64,000 nt of DNA from Phaeosaccion multiseriatum (Eukaryota > Protista > Ochrophyta, other classes), in NCBI GenBank assembly GCA_965112735.1, contig OZ218951.1, forward strand, positions 2,852,001-2,916,000, read 5' to 3'. This document shows positions 49,771 to 62,731 of the stretch, piece after piece. A model generated the notes under the pieces. The model made no database searches. It worked only from the letters and a program-made list of their open reading frames with translations, and was not told where the DNA came from. Position numbers and translations under genes: made by a program. Position 1 is the first letter of the stretch. Each line of letters opens with the position of its first letter.

Positions 49771-52700
49771 TCCATGAGCCATCCGGGAGTGCTGCTTTAG
49801 TAGATACAGCAAAGCCGTCACTCCACTCCCTCGCGTCCATACCACTGGCACTGTCCAGCACAAGCCATTCGGTGCCTTCTTCGCAAGCTGAGAGCTGCAG
49901 GTACACAGACAAGAGGTAGAGGAAGGATGAGCGAAGCGAAGGAGGAGAACGTACGGACGGGACAGGTGGTGCAGATAGGACGGGGGATGAGGAGATTGGG
50001 GAGGAGGAAGAGGAGAAGGATGAGAGGGATACACCCTCTTATACCCTATACCCCGGACCCCATACCCCGTACCCCTATACCTGGGTGATCTTGGTGAGCC
50101 GTTTCAGCCTCTCCGACGAGTAGAGGAGACTCTCCAGCGACCCTATACCCGCCGCACCAGGCGGGGGGCGGTGTGGGGGGGGGAGGTCCACAAGCAAGGC
50201 TTCAAACCTGCCATACGCCCAGCGAGTGCAGCATCCATCAGTTAGGGACACAGTATTGGGCAGGGCCGTCAGTCAACAAGCATGAGTGGCAGGGGAGACA
50301 ATGGCGACGAACTAGCTGTGTCTCATGTGCCTGCCACTGGTACAAGTATCAACCCCCCTTCGTCCTCCTCCTCCTCCTCCTCCTCCTCCTCCTCCTCCTC
50401 CTCCTTCTCCTCCTCTTCCTCATCCTCCACCACCTCCTCCTTCTCGTCCTTCTCCTCCTCCCACGACTCACCTCCTTTGCGCTGCAGGTGTGGGGCATGC
50501 CGGTAGCACCGCCTCCTTGCACGCTGCTCTCTTTCTGCCCTTTCTGCCCTCCTTCTCAGCAGCCCCCCGCCCTCCCTCCTCTCCCTCGTCCTCCTCCTCC
50601 CTCTCGTCCTCCTCTGCCCTCATCAGCGCCACAAACGCCCACGACGGACCACCTCTAGCCCCTCTAGCCCCCCCTCCGCCGCCGCTGGCGCTGCCGCTCC
50701 GACCCCCAGCCGCCTCTCTCAAAGCAATGTTAATAGCCACCGCAGCCCGGAGGTCCACGCCCCTCCGCCGCACCTCCTCGCGCAGCATGGAGAGGCGGAG
50801 GGAGGCAATCTTGTGCACCAAAGGGCAGAGCCTTACCTCCCCCCAGCAGCCAGTTCCCTCTCCATTCATTCCCTCCCCAGGCATGCCTTCCATAGTCTGT
50901 CATGTCAGCACGGGAGGCAGGAGGAGGAGGAGGGGGGGGGGAGAGGGAACTTCAACATTCGCTTCGCACTCACTCAATCAACTTGACGTAATTGTGCATT
51001 CACTTGACTCATTCACTCACACGCAACTCACCGTGGTGAGACGCTTCAGTACAGCTTCAGCGCCATATTCCCGGACGGTTTCTGTGATCTGAACAACCAC
51101 ATCCTCCACTTCGCGCATCACCCCTTCCCTCTTCATAGCCTCGATAGTCAGCGGCTGACACCTCGCTGCCGTCTCCCACAGAGCGGCCAGGCCCTCGCTC
51201 ATCACCCCCAGCGCTGCGGCACAGTCCCTCACGCTCACAGACAGCACCGCCTCCCTCAGAGTGCAGAGCTTCTTGAACAGCGCTCGGGGGGGGTAGGCCA
51301 TTCCCCCTCCTCCTCCTCCTCCTCCTGTGAGAAAACTTGCTGTCCCTGCTGTACCGGCTGCGCCGAGGCTGACGCTGGCGCTCTCATTGCCGATACTGCT
51401 GATGCTACTACTGCTGCTCATCCCTCGCTTCAACGCCCCCCTCCTACTCCCACTGCTGCTACGGCTACTGCTACTGCCGATGCTGTTCGCCGTGCCCACC
51501 GCTGTTGCGGGTCCCTTGGGAGAGGAAAAGGCCGACGGACAAGGCGAAGGTCCAGCGGATGAAAAGGAGGATGAGGGAGAAGGGGAAGCTGTGGTTCCCG
51601 CAGTCCCCCCCGCCCTCCCTCCCCCTGCCGCTCCGCCTCCAACTCCTCCTCCTCCTTCTACCGCGGCAAGGTGATGACAAGAGGCAGAAGTAGAGACCGC
51701 CGAATCATGATCATGATGCAACCCTTCGCCAAAGAAGACGGCATTGGAACCATAGCTGGGGGCCAACACTCTACAGAGGGTTTGAATTCCGCTGAGGGCA
51801 GACGGAAGTTCCTGACACTTGCGCCGACTCGCCAACGCCACCAAGGAGCGCCGTCGCGAAGAGGCAGGTGTCAGGACTGAAGTCGTGCACGTGCCTAGAC
51901 TCTGCTTGCCCTTACTGAGCTGTCGGCGGTGGTCAGCCCTACCGTTGGGTGTTGCGTAGCTCCCCTCCCCTCCTCCTTCTCCTCCTCCGGCGTCGGGGAA
52001 AGCCCCGAGAGAGAGCAAGCGTCTCAGCATCCTCCCCTCCTCCTTCGCAGCAGCTCTAAGATACTGCGTGAAGGTAAGCACTTCCTCCTCCTCCTCCTCC
52101 ACCACCACCACCACCGCCTCCCCCTCGTCGTCGTCGTGCTCATCGTTGTCATCACCAGATTGGGCGTTAGCTCCAACTGCAAGGACGTTCTCGCGTGTCA
52201 AAGTCTCACTCTGCTTGCGCCTCTGGGGCTGATTCAAAGGCTTTCGTTGTTGCTGGTCCAGGAGTTCGCTTCCGCCGCCTTCTGCGGCAGCACGTCTGAG
52301 TTTTTTGGCAGCCACCGCCGCTTCTTTGATGACCACAACAAAGGGGTCCCTCTGCTCAGAGTGTTCCAACACCAGTAGCAGCTTCGTGTGGGGGAAGTGA
52401 AGCAGCAGAGCTGAGGCGGCATCTCGCTTGAGATGCTGCTCAGCGTTACTGTGGCGGGGGTGCCCCATGAGTGTAGGGGGGAGGGGAGGGGAGGAGAGGG
52501 ACGCGATGTGATGAGGGGGAACAAGAGAGAGAGAGAGAAGGACGGGGGCACGTACGAGAAGAGACTAGGCAAAGGCTGCAGTTCAGAGTACGAACCAGAC
52601 TGCCCCAATTCCTTGGCATTCATGCAAGCAAAGACCCTTACCTCAATTTTGGGAGGCTGGAACGCCACCCTCCCTCCTCGTCACCCCACCCCCCTGTGGC

Positions 52701-52931
52701 TGCCTCTCCCCCGTCTCCTCCCATGCCTCCGCTACTCGGAGCCGCCAGTAGTGCTGCTACCGGAGCTGGCTCCACGCGTCGTAACGTGGCCAAGTCTAAG
52801 TTCTTCTGGCCCCAAGGCCATGTAATGCCATCGTGGGTCGTGATGGAGAGCACTGTTTCCCGTATGCCGGCCAAACGAAGCTGAGGGGGAGAGCGAGAGG
52901 ATGGTGGTGGAAGAGTTGAGATGAGGAGTGA

Positions 52932-52966
<35 letters not shown>

Positions 52967-53181
52967 CCTCGAGCGTCATAGGTATCGCTCGGTGGGAGGA
53001 TGGAGATGTGGAGGAATAATTTTTTCGCCCCCTCCTCTCCTTTCTCCTCTCTCCTCTCCACTCAACTTACCTCTGGAAGTCCTCTCCTGTTATACTTCAT
53101 GACTCTCACCCCGCCGCCCATCAGTTCTGTTCTCATCGACGACACCGTCCACGCCATGGCCTCAGGTTGCTGGGGCGGCAT
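40113..53181 (-). CDS. Large multi-exon NLR-like protein: PH-like N-terminus, helical domain, APAF1-type NB-ARC, TPR-like repeats
   Basis: [10 protein letters not shown]; P-loop GPSGCGKT; RFEDRIFWL; Walker [10 protein letters not shown]; LLVTSS; GWWPLSV; [10 protein letters not shown]; TPR-like [33 protein letters not shown]. Both ends approximate. Confidence 0.72.
46143..46465. repeat. 21-bp purine-rich minisatellite, about 15 copies, intronic
   Basis: Tandem GAGAGGGAGAGTGGGAGGGGA units. Confidence 0.9.
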
Positions 53182-53521
53182 TGGATCGGAGGACCCCAAA
53201 TCCCAAACGGCGGCCCTCGATGAAGGATTTACCAACTGCGCCCCTCACGCCACCTCCCTCTGAAACGGGCCTCTCATACTCCCAGGTGCTCTCCCCAATT
53301 ACCCCAGAGGCAAGGCTTCCCTCTTGCCGGGCATGAAGGCCTTCTTGTTTTTTTTATTGGATGGCGAAAATTGTGATAATTTATGATGGGTGTTGACGCG
53401 ATGATTGTTTTTTGTTTTGTTTTTTTCACGAGTTCTCGATTTTGATCCGATTTTCGATTTTCCCTCAGGGGAGGGGAGCGAAGGATATCAGCGAAGGGCA
53501 TCGCAGGAGATCGGGATTATC

Positions 53522-54855
53522 ATGATGCGCAGCAGGGGTGACAGCAGCAGCGTAGGCAACATCGACAGTAGAGAAGAATTTGTTCAGCAGCTGGTGGCGG
53601 AGCTCTCCTCGCAAAACATCAGCACCCCCCCTCAAGACCAACATGACTTGGCGGAGGTGCTGGGACGGTTCGCGACCTTCGATTTCTTTGAGGCGACGCG
53701 GGTGAGGTCGCTTGAAAGATGCACTACCTTCTCGAGCTTCTCTGCCGTCATGTGCTCCTCTGCTTGGGCAAATATACGGGTCTGCGTGACACCAACCGAT
53801 TGACTTTTCCCGGTTGCTCTCCGTACGCTAAAGCACGAGCCACGATTGTACCCTACCGAATGCTCTGCCTTTTTCGAGCAGACGGAGGCATCCTTACTAT
53901 GCTCAGCCCTTCTCCGATATCGCGCTAGCCCCTCCGCCGTGCAGCAGACGGGCGGACGTCCGGACATTCGCCTGTCACAGAAGGTGGTGGAGAATATCGT
54001 TTACGGGGCGACGCGCTCTCTTCCTCCTCCTTCCGGTGGTGCTGCAGCTGCTCCAGCTCCAGCTATAGCCGGAACGCCGAGCCGAGGTAGTGTTCTTACG
54101 CACTGCACTAGGATGTGTTGTGCCTTGCGTGGAGGGGTAGAGGGTAGAGGTACCCAGTTAGCAGCCCCCTGCTCGGAGAAGAATACTGCCGATGAGGACG
54201 GAAGGAAATCGTCTGAAGAGCATGGATGGATAATATGCTGTCGCTTTCACTTCTCGCGCTGCGGAGTGTGTCCGCCATTCGTCTGACTTACACACAAGAA
54301 CGACCTAACTCTTCCTTCACGGGATTCCTTGCAAACCGTGTGATACTAAGCCCATCCCCCTTATCCACATTCGTCTTATTCTTTCCCCGCTCAGAAGGTC
54401 GCAACGGACAAGGCATGGTCGCAACGTCCGTCGACAGTGGAGCTGGAACTGCCCCGGCCACAACTGTGGGAGGAGCCGCACCGGCAGTAGCAGTAGCAGT
54501 TGGTGATACAGCAGCAGCAGTAGCAGGGCCCATGGGAGCGGCCATTCTGACTACAGTCTCGGAGCCTGCCTCTCCGACCCTCCGCGCAGAGCTGTGTGCA
54601 GTCCTTCTTGTGCGGCTCATGCCTCAGCTGCTCCGCTCCGACGTGGCGGCACTGAGGAGAGTATTCGCTGCCTACGATGTCAGCGTCTTGGATGGTCTTG
54701 ATGCTGTCGGGGAGGAGAAGCAAGGAGGAGGGGGGGGGGCAGAGGAGCGGGAAGACGGGCTAGAGGCCAGGGTAGACCGCTTCTGCAAAGCACAGCAGCC
54801 TTCCGCACCAGCGTCGGACAGAGAAGGAGGAGCAGGAGGGGTGGCGTGCCAAAGT

Positions 54856-54889
<34 letters not shown>

Positions 54890-57800
54890 TTGGGGTGGCG
54901 GAGGAGGAGGAGGAGGAGGAGGAGGAGGGGGAGGAGGAGGAGGAGGAGGGGGAGATATGGGCTGCAGAGGAAGACCCTGACGATTTTGTCTTTGAGGACG
55001 GCAACAGCGTCAGCAACGGTGCTACTGGCAGTAGTGGCAGTGGTGCCCAGGAGGACGAGTGGGAGCCGCGCCTGGCGCTCGGGAACCCTCGCAAGAGCTG
55101 GGCGGAGCTGCGCGGGTGTCTTCTGCACCTCATGTCTCAGGTATATGGGCAGGCACGGACATGTGGCGGGGCAGAGGGGTTGGTTCATGCCCTCTCCTTT
55201 GCCCCCTCTGGTTGGCAATCCCTGCTTAAAGTTTCTTTCGCCTACCTCACACTGCCCTTACCATCCATTGCCATCCATTCCCTTCTAAGCTCGCGTCGCT
55301 GTGTCTCTCTCTCTCTGTCTGTGTGTGTGTGTGTGTGTTGCCCCCCTGGGATCGGATCACACGATCGGACATATCTTTTTTTCATGTCAGCTCTCCTTTG
55401 ACGCTCTTTCGGCGTTGCCTACAGACAGGTACGACAAGAACGAAGAGAATGTATTTATCGACTTAAATAGGACTACGATTGTCGGACGCGTTTCCCATGA
55501 GGCTGATTGACGCTGCTGCCCCTCCCCCTCCCTCCTCCTGCTCACAGATGGCTTGCTCTTGACATCGCCGGAGCGGTGCGAGACACCATCACGTGTCTCA
55601 AGGACGGTGGCGGGGGTGCGTGTCCCGCTCTGTGTGATGCAACAGCAGTTGGTGATACACCCCTTGGTGATGCACAAGGAGAAAATGAACAAGACACGAG
55701 TGCAGAGGTCGAGGTAGGGGGCGATAGGATTACAGAGTAGGGTGACGGGCAAGCCAAGCCGCACACATAGACGGAGGAGTCAGGGGAGAGGAGAGTCAGC
55801 TTGTTCCACGCCTCCTCCTCCTCTTCTTCTTCCTCCACCTCCTCCTCCTCCTCCTCCTCCTCCTCCTCCTCCTCCTCCTCCTCCTCACCCTCCGCCCCTC
55901 ACCCCCTCCTCCTCCCTCTCGTGGCAGCTCAAGTCCGTTCGCTTACTCCGGAACGAGTGGGTGCGGTACCTCTATCTCCTTCGCGATGTGGTGATCCACC
56001 GCCCCTCACAGCGCCAGCTCGTGCTTGACTGCCTCGCGCCCGTGCGGGGCTTGTTGCATCAACAGCAGCAGCAGCAGCAGCAGCAGGTGGTGATCAAGTC
56101 CAGGCTCGCTTCCTCCTCTCCAGCCTTGGAGCTGTTGCCCCTACAAGTGAGTGAATACATGTGACAAGTCCGTTTCCCCCGCTGGGCCTAACTACGTCAA
56201 TGAATTGAGTGCATGTGAAGCGTCCATCCTACGATCTTGCTGTAGGTGTTTTTTTTTGCTTTTTTCCTGTCTTCTCCCACTCCTCTCCTCCCCTCCCCTG
56301 ATATCCCCCCCCCCCCCCCGCCTCCTCTTCTGTGCCCTCACTCTTCCCCCCCCCCTGTCTCGTCCTCTCCTGCGCTTTTCAATGTTGAAAAAAAAAATCC
56401 TTCATCCCTCCCTCCCTCCCTCCTTCCTCCCCCTCTCCCTCCCTCCCTCCCTCCCTCCCTCTCTCCCTCCCTCCCTTCCCTCCCATCCTTCCTCCCTCCC
56501 TCCCTCCCTCCCTCCCTCCCTCCCTTCATCTTCCTCCCATCCTCCCTCCCTCCATCTCGCTCCCTCTCTCCTTCTCCCCCTCTCCTCTCTTCCCTCTCTC
56601 CCTCTCTCCCTCCCATTGACTTAGGAGGAGTGCCTCGCGGTGGTGGTTCTAAGCGCCATTTGTGGAAGCGCTCACTTCCGAATGTGTGAGAGCGGTCCGG
56701 GTACCAAGGTGAGGCTGTGTTTCCTGCCTGGATAGGGGTGCCTTGGGGTGCCATCTCTGCTGTCTGGGGGGCTACAGCCATATCTGCTGCCTTGGCGGTA
56801 CCATGGGGTGCCATTGGGTGCCATCTTTCCGTTCCGTGTATGAGAGGCGTTGGTCGTGTTGATTGATCCATCCGCTGCTTCCCCTCTCGCCTCCTCCCCT
56901 CTCGTACTCCTGTTGCTTCCTCCGCTCTCATCTCCTCCCTCTCTCGTCCTCCTCCTCCTCCTCCTCCTCCTCCTCCTCCTCCTCCTCCTCCTCCTCCTCC
57001 TCCTCCTCCTCCTCCTCCTCCCCCTCGTCCTCCTCCTCCTCCTCCTCCTCCTCCTCCTCCTCCCCCTCGTCCTCCTCCTCCTCCTCCTCCTCCTCCCCCT
57101 CCTCCCCCTCCTCCTCCTCCCCCTCCTCCTCCTCCCTATAGACTAGAGATACACCCGAGAGCACAGGGGCGAGGGCGCTGCTTAGAGACGCCCTCATATC
57201 CAGTCTTGGGGACTTGGAGGCGTGTGTCACTCGGTGAGAGGGGAGCGGAGGGGGGAAGGGATGGGAGGGTGGGGGAGGAGAGGACAGGACAGGAGAGGAG
57301 AGGAGGGGAGAGAAGAAAGACCGAGAAGAAAACGATAACACTTGCCCTCTCTTACTGCCTTCCCTCCTCCTCCTCCTCCTCCTCCTCCTCCTCCTCCTCC
57401 TCCTCCTCCTCCTCCTCCTCCTCCTCCCAGTCTGGCTGCGCTTCTCAAGGCCCTGCGCAAGACGAAGACCAAGACTCTTCCTCCTCCTGCTGCTGTACCA
57501 CCCACCGCTCCTCCTCCTCCTCCTCCTCCCTCCTCCTCCTCCTCTGCGGCGCCATCAGCTGCCATCTCCCCCTCCTCTTTGGCCTATGTCCGCCAGCACA
57601 TGGCGAGCCTCACCGCCATTGCCAAGTACTACACGGTAAGAGGAGGAAGGGCAGGCATATGGGCAGGGCAGGGCAGGCATACGGGCAGGGCAGTTCAGGG
57701 CAGGCATATGGGCAGGGCAGGGCAGGCATATGGGCAGGGCAGGGCAGGGCAGGCATATGGGCAGAGCAGGGCAGGCATAAGGGTAGGGCAGGGCAGGCAT

Positions 57801-58879
57801 ATGGGTAGGGCAGTTCAGGGCAGGCATATGGGCAGAGCAGGTCAGGCATATGGGTCAGCAGGCTTTAAACAACCTCACCTTCATTTGCCAAGTACTACAC
57901 CGTAAGAGGAAGGAGGGCAGGCGTATGGGCAGGGTTGGCAGACATGAGCAGGGGCAGGCATATAGCGACAAGGTAGGCATGGGTAGGGGGGGGAGAGCAG
58001 AGCAGGTGCATGAGCATGGAGAGGCGGGGATGGACAGGGGGAGGAAAGCAGAGCGAGGCAAGGAGGGACAATGAGCCGGCGCGTCTAAAAGATTCTTCTC
58101 CTCTCCTCTCTCTCTGTCTCTGTCTCTCTCTGTCCCTGTCTCTCTCTCTTCTCTCTCTTTCTCTCTTCTCTCTCTCTCTCTCTCGCGACACAGGGGGTGC
58201 TGGACAGTGGTCGCTTCTACTCCCTGCCTGCGAGGGGCGTGGAGCAGAGCGGTCTCTTCCGCGCCTTCGTGGAGCTCTGTCTAGAGATCACTGAGGTAAG
58301 TGCGTTCGTGCGTGCGTGCGTGGGTGGGTGGGGGGTGTGCTCGGTGTTGCGGGTGTGTCTTGTCTGCCTGTCTGACCCTCTGTCTGTCTATCTTTCTGTG
58401 TCTGTCTGTCTGTCTGCCTGCCTGTCTGTCTGTCTGTCTGTCTGTCTGTCTCACTCTCTGTCACTCCCTCTCTCTCTCCCTTTCTCCCCCCCCGCCCTCC
58501 TCCCTCACTCCCTCCCTCTCCCCCCACCCCTCCCACTGCCTCTCTTACGGCACCTCAAAGGCCCCCCCTGAATTCTATGAGGCATCGTACCGGCGCCAAG
58601 TGCTCGAGCTTCTCCTTGTGCTCGCTGTGCAGAGCCCTACGTGGGCCTCTTACGCCACCCGGGTAACAAGTGCCAGATGCAGGAAGACGGGGGGAGGGGA
58701 GGAGGAGGAGAAGGAGGGGAGAAAGAGAAAGTGGAGAAGGGGGAGAGGAGAACGAGAATGTGGAGGAGGAGAGCCCCCCCGCCCTGAAAGAAAGCCATGT
58801 CTCTCCCCCCTCACTCAGCTCTCACCGCTGTCCCGCTCTTCTCTGCTTTTTCTCTCTCCCGACGGGGATGTGTGTGTGC

Positions 58880-58917
<38 letters not shown>

Positions 58918-59754
58918 CAGGAGCCCCGCTTCTCCGCCCTCCTGAGCAGCGCGGCCTTCACAAACGACTTCCCTGACCTCGCTTTGGTGTGGGCAGTGGC
59001 TCTCTCCATCAAGACCAAGCCTACGACGAGCACCATCACCACCACCAGCAGCAGCAACGGTAGCAGCAGCAGTAGTAGTAGTAGTAGTAGTAGTAGAGGC
59101 AGTAGTAGCAGCAGCAGGACGGGTGAGGATGGTTGGGCAGGGCGGATTCGAGAGGCTGTGGACGTGGTGTTTCCCTCCGATGCCACAGAGTTGGAGGCGT
59201 GGCGGCGTCAGTCGGGCAAGGAGTCCAGGCTGGCAAGACTGCAGAGGGCGGTGGGGGGGTTGGCTTGCCTGGGGGGGGGTGGGGGGGGCGACTTTTGGGC
59301 CTGGAGCCAGAGTAAGGGAGGCGGAGGAGGAGAAGGAGGAGGAGGAGGAGGAGGAGGAGGAGGAGGAGGAGGAGGAGGAGGAGGAGGAGGAGGAGGAGGA
59401 GGAGGAGGACGTGGTGGTGGTGGGGCGGGAGAAGCAGCAACCCTCTTGGTGGGCAAACTAGGCGCTCTGCAGCAGCTCATTGCCGACGTCAAGGTAGAGG
59501 AAGGGGTCGATCGAGGCATCGGATGGAGCTCCATCGGACGGGAAGAGGAGGAGGAGGAGGAGGAGGAGGAGGAGGAGAAGGGGCGGGGGGGGGGGGGTTC
59601 GAAAGGACGAGGAGGAGGGGGAGGCGGAGAATTGCAAGAGGTGATGAAGGAGAAGGGGGAGGGCGTGGAGAGGGCCTTCCGGGCGGCGGTGGCTTCGCTG
59701 CGGAGGGATCTGAAGGTGCTGTTGAGCCCCCCCGCGTTGTCCAAGACGGATTGA
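53522..59754 (+). CDS. Multi-exon protein of unknown function, helical segments separated by low-complexity tracts
   Basis: Successive open segments bounded by GT/AG sites (e.g. FFEATR|HEPRLYP, NEWVRYLYLLRD, GLFRAFVELCLEITE, DLKVLLSPPALSKTD*); no family recognised; some junctions unresolved. Confidence 0.55.
57648..57855. repeat. GGGCA-based minisatellite (GGGCAGGGCAGGCATAT variants), intronic
   Basis: Visible tandem 17-28-nt units. Confidence 0.85.
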
Positions 59755-60204
59755 CTGATGACGGATCATTCATCTATTCTGATTTTCCATCCTCATACTT
59801 CACGGAACTAAAAAAACAACTTCGAACACCTGCGCGTTGTCAAGACGGCGATACTTGAAGTCGCACCCGAAAGTGTCAAGTGTACCAGAAGGGGGAAAAA
59901 TGTTGCCATTTGTGAGTGGAATTCGTGCTGCCTTCCATTTAAAATTTTCCAACTCTTTGGCATCACTCTGTTTGTTTAGGATTTTGTCACAAATGAACTC
60001 AACACCCTTCCTGTGAAGCACACCGCACTCAATCACTCATCACATTGCACAACAGCACCAAGCGGAGGAGAAGGTCCACAGGAGCTGACAAAGCGTGGAG
60101 AGCGGCCTTAAAGATATTATAATTCTTCCATTTGAAGAACGCTGCTTGAAGGCTCCCTGATCGGAGACGGAACAATACTGGGCCTTGAAGCTTCAAGAAT
60201 AGTT

Positions 60205-62220
60205 ATGGCTTCCAGAAGGAGTCAGCCCATGGCGGTCTCTCGCTGGTGGTCGCGTCGGGTGGTGCCGCTGCTGCTCCTCGCGGCCGCACCACTCTCCGGC
60301 CAAGCACAACAACACAGTGCTTGCCAACCTGGAGGCCAGTACTACTTCGGCGGAGAGAACAGGAATGACGCGGTGGGACTGGCCCTCACGACGAAGGTGA
60401 GTCCTCCGCAAGGCTGCTAAGCGGCTACAGACAGAGCGGCCCCCGCACCCCAGCCGTGCCAGCGTCAAGGTCTAGCGTTCCGTCTCCGTGGCATGCATTG
60501 ATTGGGCTGAAAGGGAGAAGACACGAAAGAGTAGGATCGGAAGGCCCTGTCGGAAGGCCTCAAGACGGCAGGATTTCCCCCGCGGCCAAAGTCAGCCTTC
60601 CTTCCCGGTCACAGCAGGCAGAGTCTGTGCAAAGATTGAGGAGGGGAAGGAAGTCGGAACTCAAAGCAAAGTCTTACCCCAGGCACGACCCCGAAATCCG
60701 CATCAGCACACCCTTTTTACCCCTGTGTGTCATCGTCATCCTCACTTCTCTCTCTCTCTCTGTGTGTGTGTGCTGCCCCTCCTGCCAACCTCTCTTGCTG
60801 CAGGACTTCTTCGACGGAGGGCCGCGCTGGTACGTCCGCATTGAGTTGTCTGCTGCCGACCTGTGGCAGCGAAATCCCTACATCGGTGAGTTCCCTTCCG
60901 TGTGCCCCTTCCTCCCTCCCTCCCTCCCGCCGTCTTTTTCTCCCTTCCTCCCTCCCTCCCTCCCTCCCTCACCCCCCCCTCCCTCCCTCCCTCCCTCCCT
61001 CCCTCTCTTCCTCCTCCCTCCCTCTGCCTCGCCCGCCCTTTCCCGCAGACCGCGTCCAATTCGAGCGATGGAATGGCGGCAGCTGGATCAACATGCACAG
61101 CTGGATGGGGGAGTACGGCATCCGAGAGGCATCACCAAGTACCGCCTTGTACTTCGATGGCCGAACCAACCCCGGTGACACGGGAGGAGACGCGACGATT
61201 CGGTGGAGAGTGCGTTTCTTCGATGACGACGCGGCGACGGGTTGCCCCTCGGGAGTCACTTCGGTGCGAAACATACACTGCAGAGCCGAGCCGCTCCTTC
61301 CCTCTCTCCCTCTCACCCTCCCCTTCCTTCCTCCCTCCCTTCCTCCCTCCCTCCCTCCCTTCCTCCCGCCCTCTCTCCCTCCCTCCCTCAAGGCGGTGAC
61401 CACTTCCCACTTGAGCTTCATCAATGGTCCCGGTGAAATGGCCGCCGTCGGTGCTGGGAACGCGTCTCCGGGCTTCATGCCGAGTTGGTACGCCTTCAAC
61501 GGAGTGCAGGACAACTCACGGTGTCAGGCAGGTGGCTCACTCGCCACGGCCGCAAATCAAACGCCATCACGTGAGTACCATGACTAGATGACGTCCGGGA
61601 GAGGGAGAGACAGAGGGCAGACAGAGACAGACAGATATGTAGACAGAGGGCAGACAGCCGGAGATAAAGTTTGTGGACACTTTCCCCAGGTTGTTGGGGT
61701 GTACATTTCCGCTCACCTCACTCACTCACTCACTTACCCCCCCCCCCTCTACCCACCCACACAAAACAGAGTACCTGAACTTCATCAAGGCGACGAAGTT
61801 GTGTGACTGCCGCTGGCAAATTGACTTCTCCCTCACTGGCGATCTTAGCAACAATCCATACCTCGACTTCATCAGCATGCGTATCTCCTTCTCCGATGGC
61901 TGGGAGTACCCCCGGCTCTTCCCCATCGTCAACCACAACGGGGGCACCATGACCGCCATCACCGCCCAAGCCCCCTGTGATGCGACACACCTCAACGTCA
62001 AGTACTTTCTCTTCTTTGACGAGTACGATGCGTCGCCCCCCTCCAACCCCATCACCCCTGCCAACTCGTGCAACGCCGGTTTCCCGGAGGTGCGTGCGAG
62101 CGTCGTGCGTGCGTGCGTGCGTGTGAGAGGGAGGCATGTGCGTGTGTGCTTGTGTGCGTGCGTGTGTGTACGTGTGTGTGGATGTTCAGGCGTGTGTGTG
62201 CTTGTATATGTTCGCGTGTG

Positions 62221-62252
<32 letters not shown>

Positions 62253-62700
62253 CGTGCGTGCGTGCACTCAAAACTCACCCATAAACCCTCCCCACTGCCT
62301 ACTGCCCACCACCCTGCAAAACACTCCCACCGCACAGGCGATGGCCGACTTCTGTCTGGACGATGGCGTTTCATACTCCGGGGGCAGCATGCCCGCCGCC
62401 GGAATCGCCGCTTGCAACTCTGGCAAGGGCACCACAGAGGGGCGTTACAGCCCCGCCGTCGGAGGCGAGACGTGCAACTACATCGCTGCTGGTGGAGGAG
62501 GAGGAGGAGGAGGAGGAGGAGGAGGGGGAAACTCCGTTACAGTACCAAATCCCCCCGTGGTTGTGGAGAATGAGGGTGCAGATAGGGAGGAGGTCGTGGG
62601 AGCGGGGCAACAAGGTGACGCATGCGTATGCACGGGATGGATCAGCGCGAACACCAGAGAACAGGTGGGTGTGTGGGTGGTTGCGTGCATGGGTGGGTGC

Positions 62701-62731
<31 letters not shown>

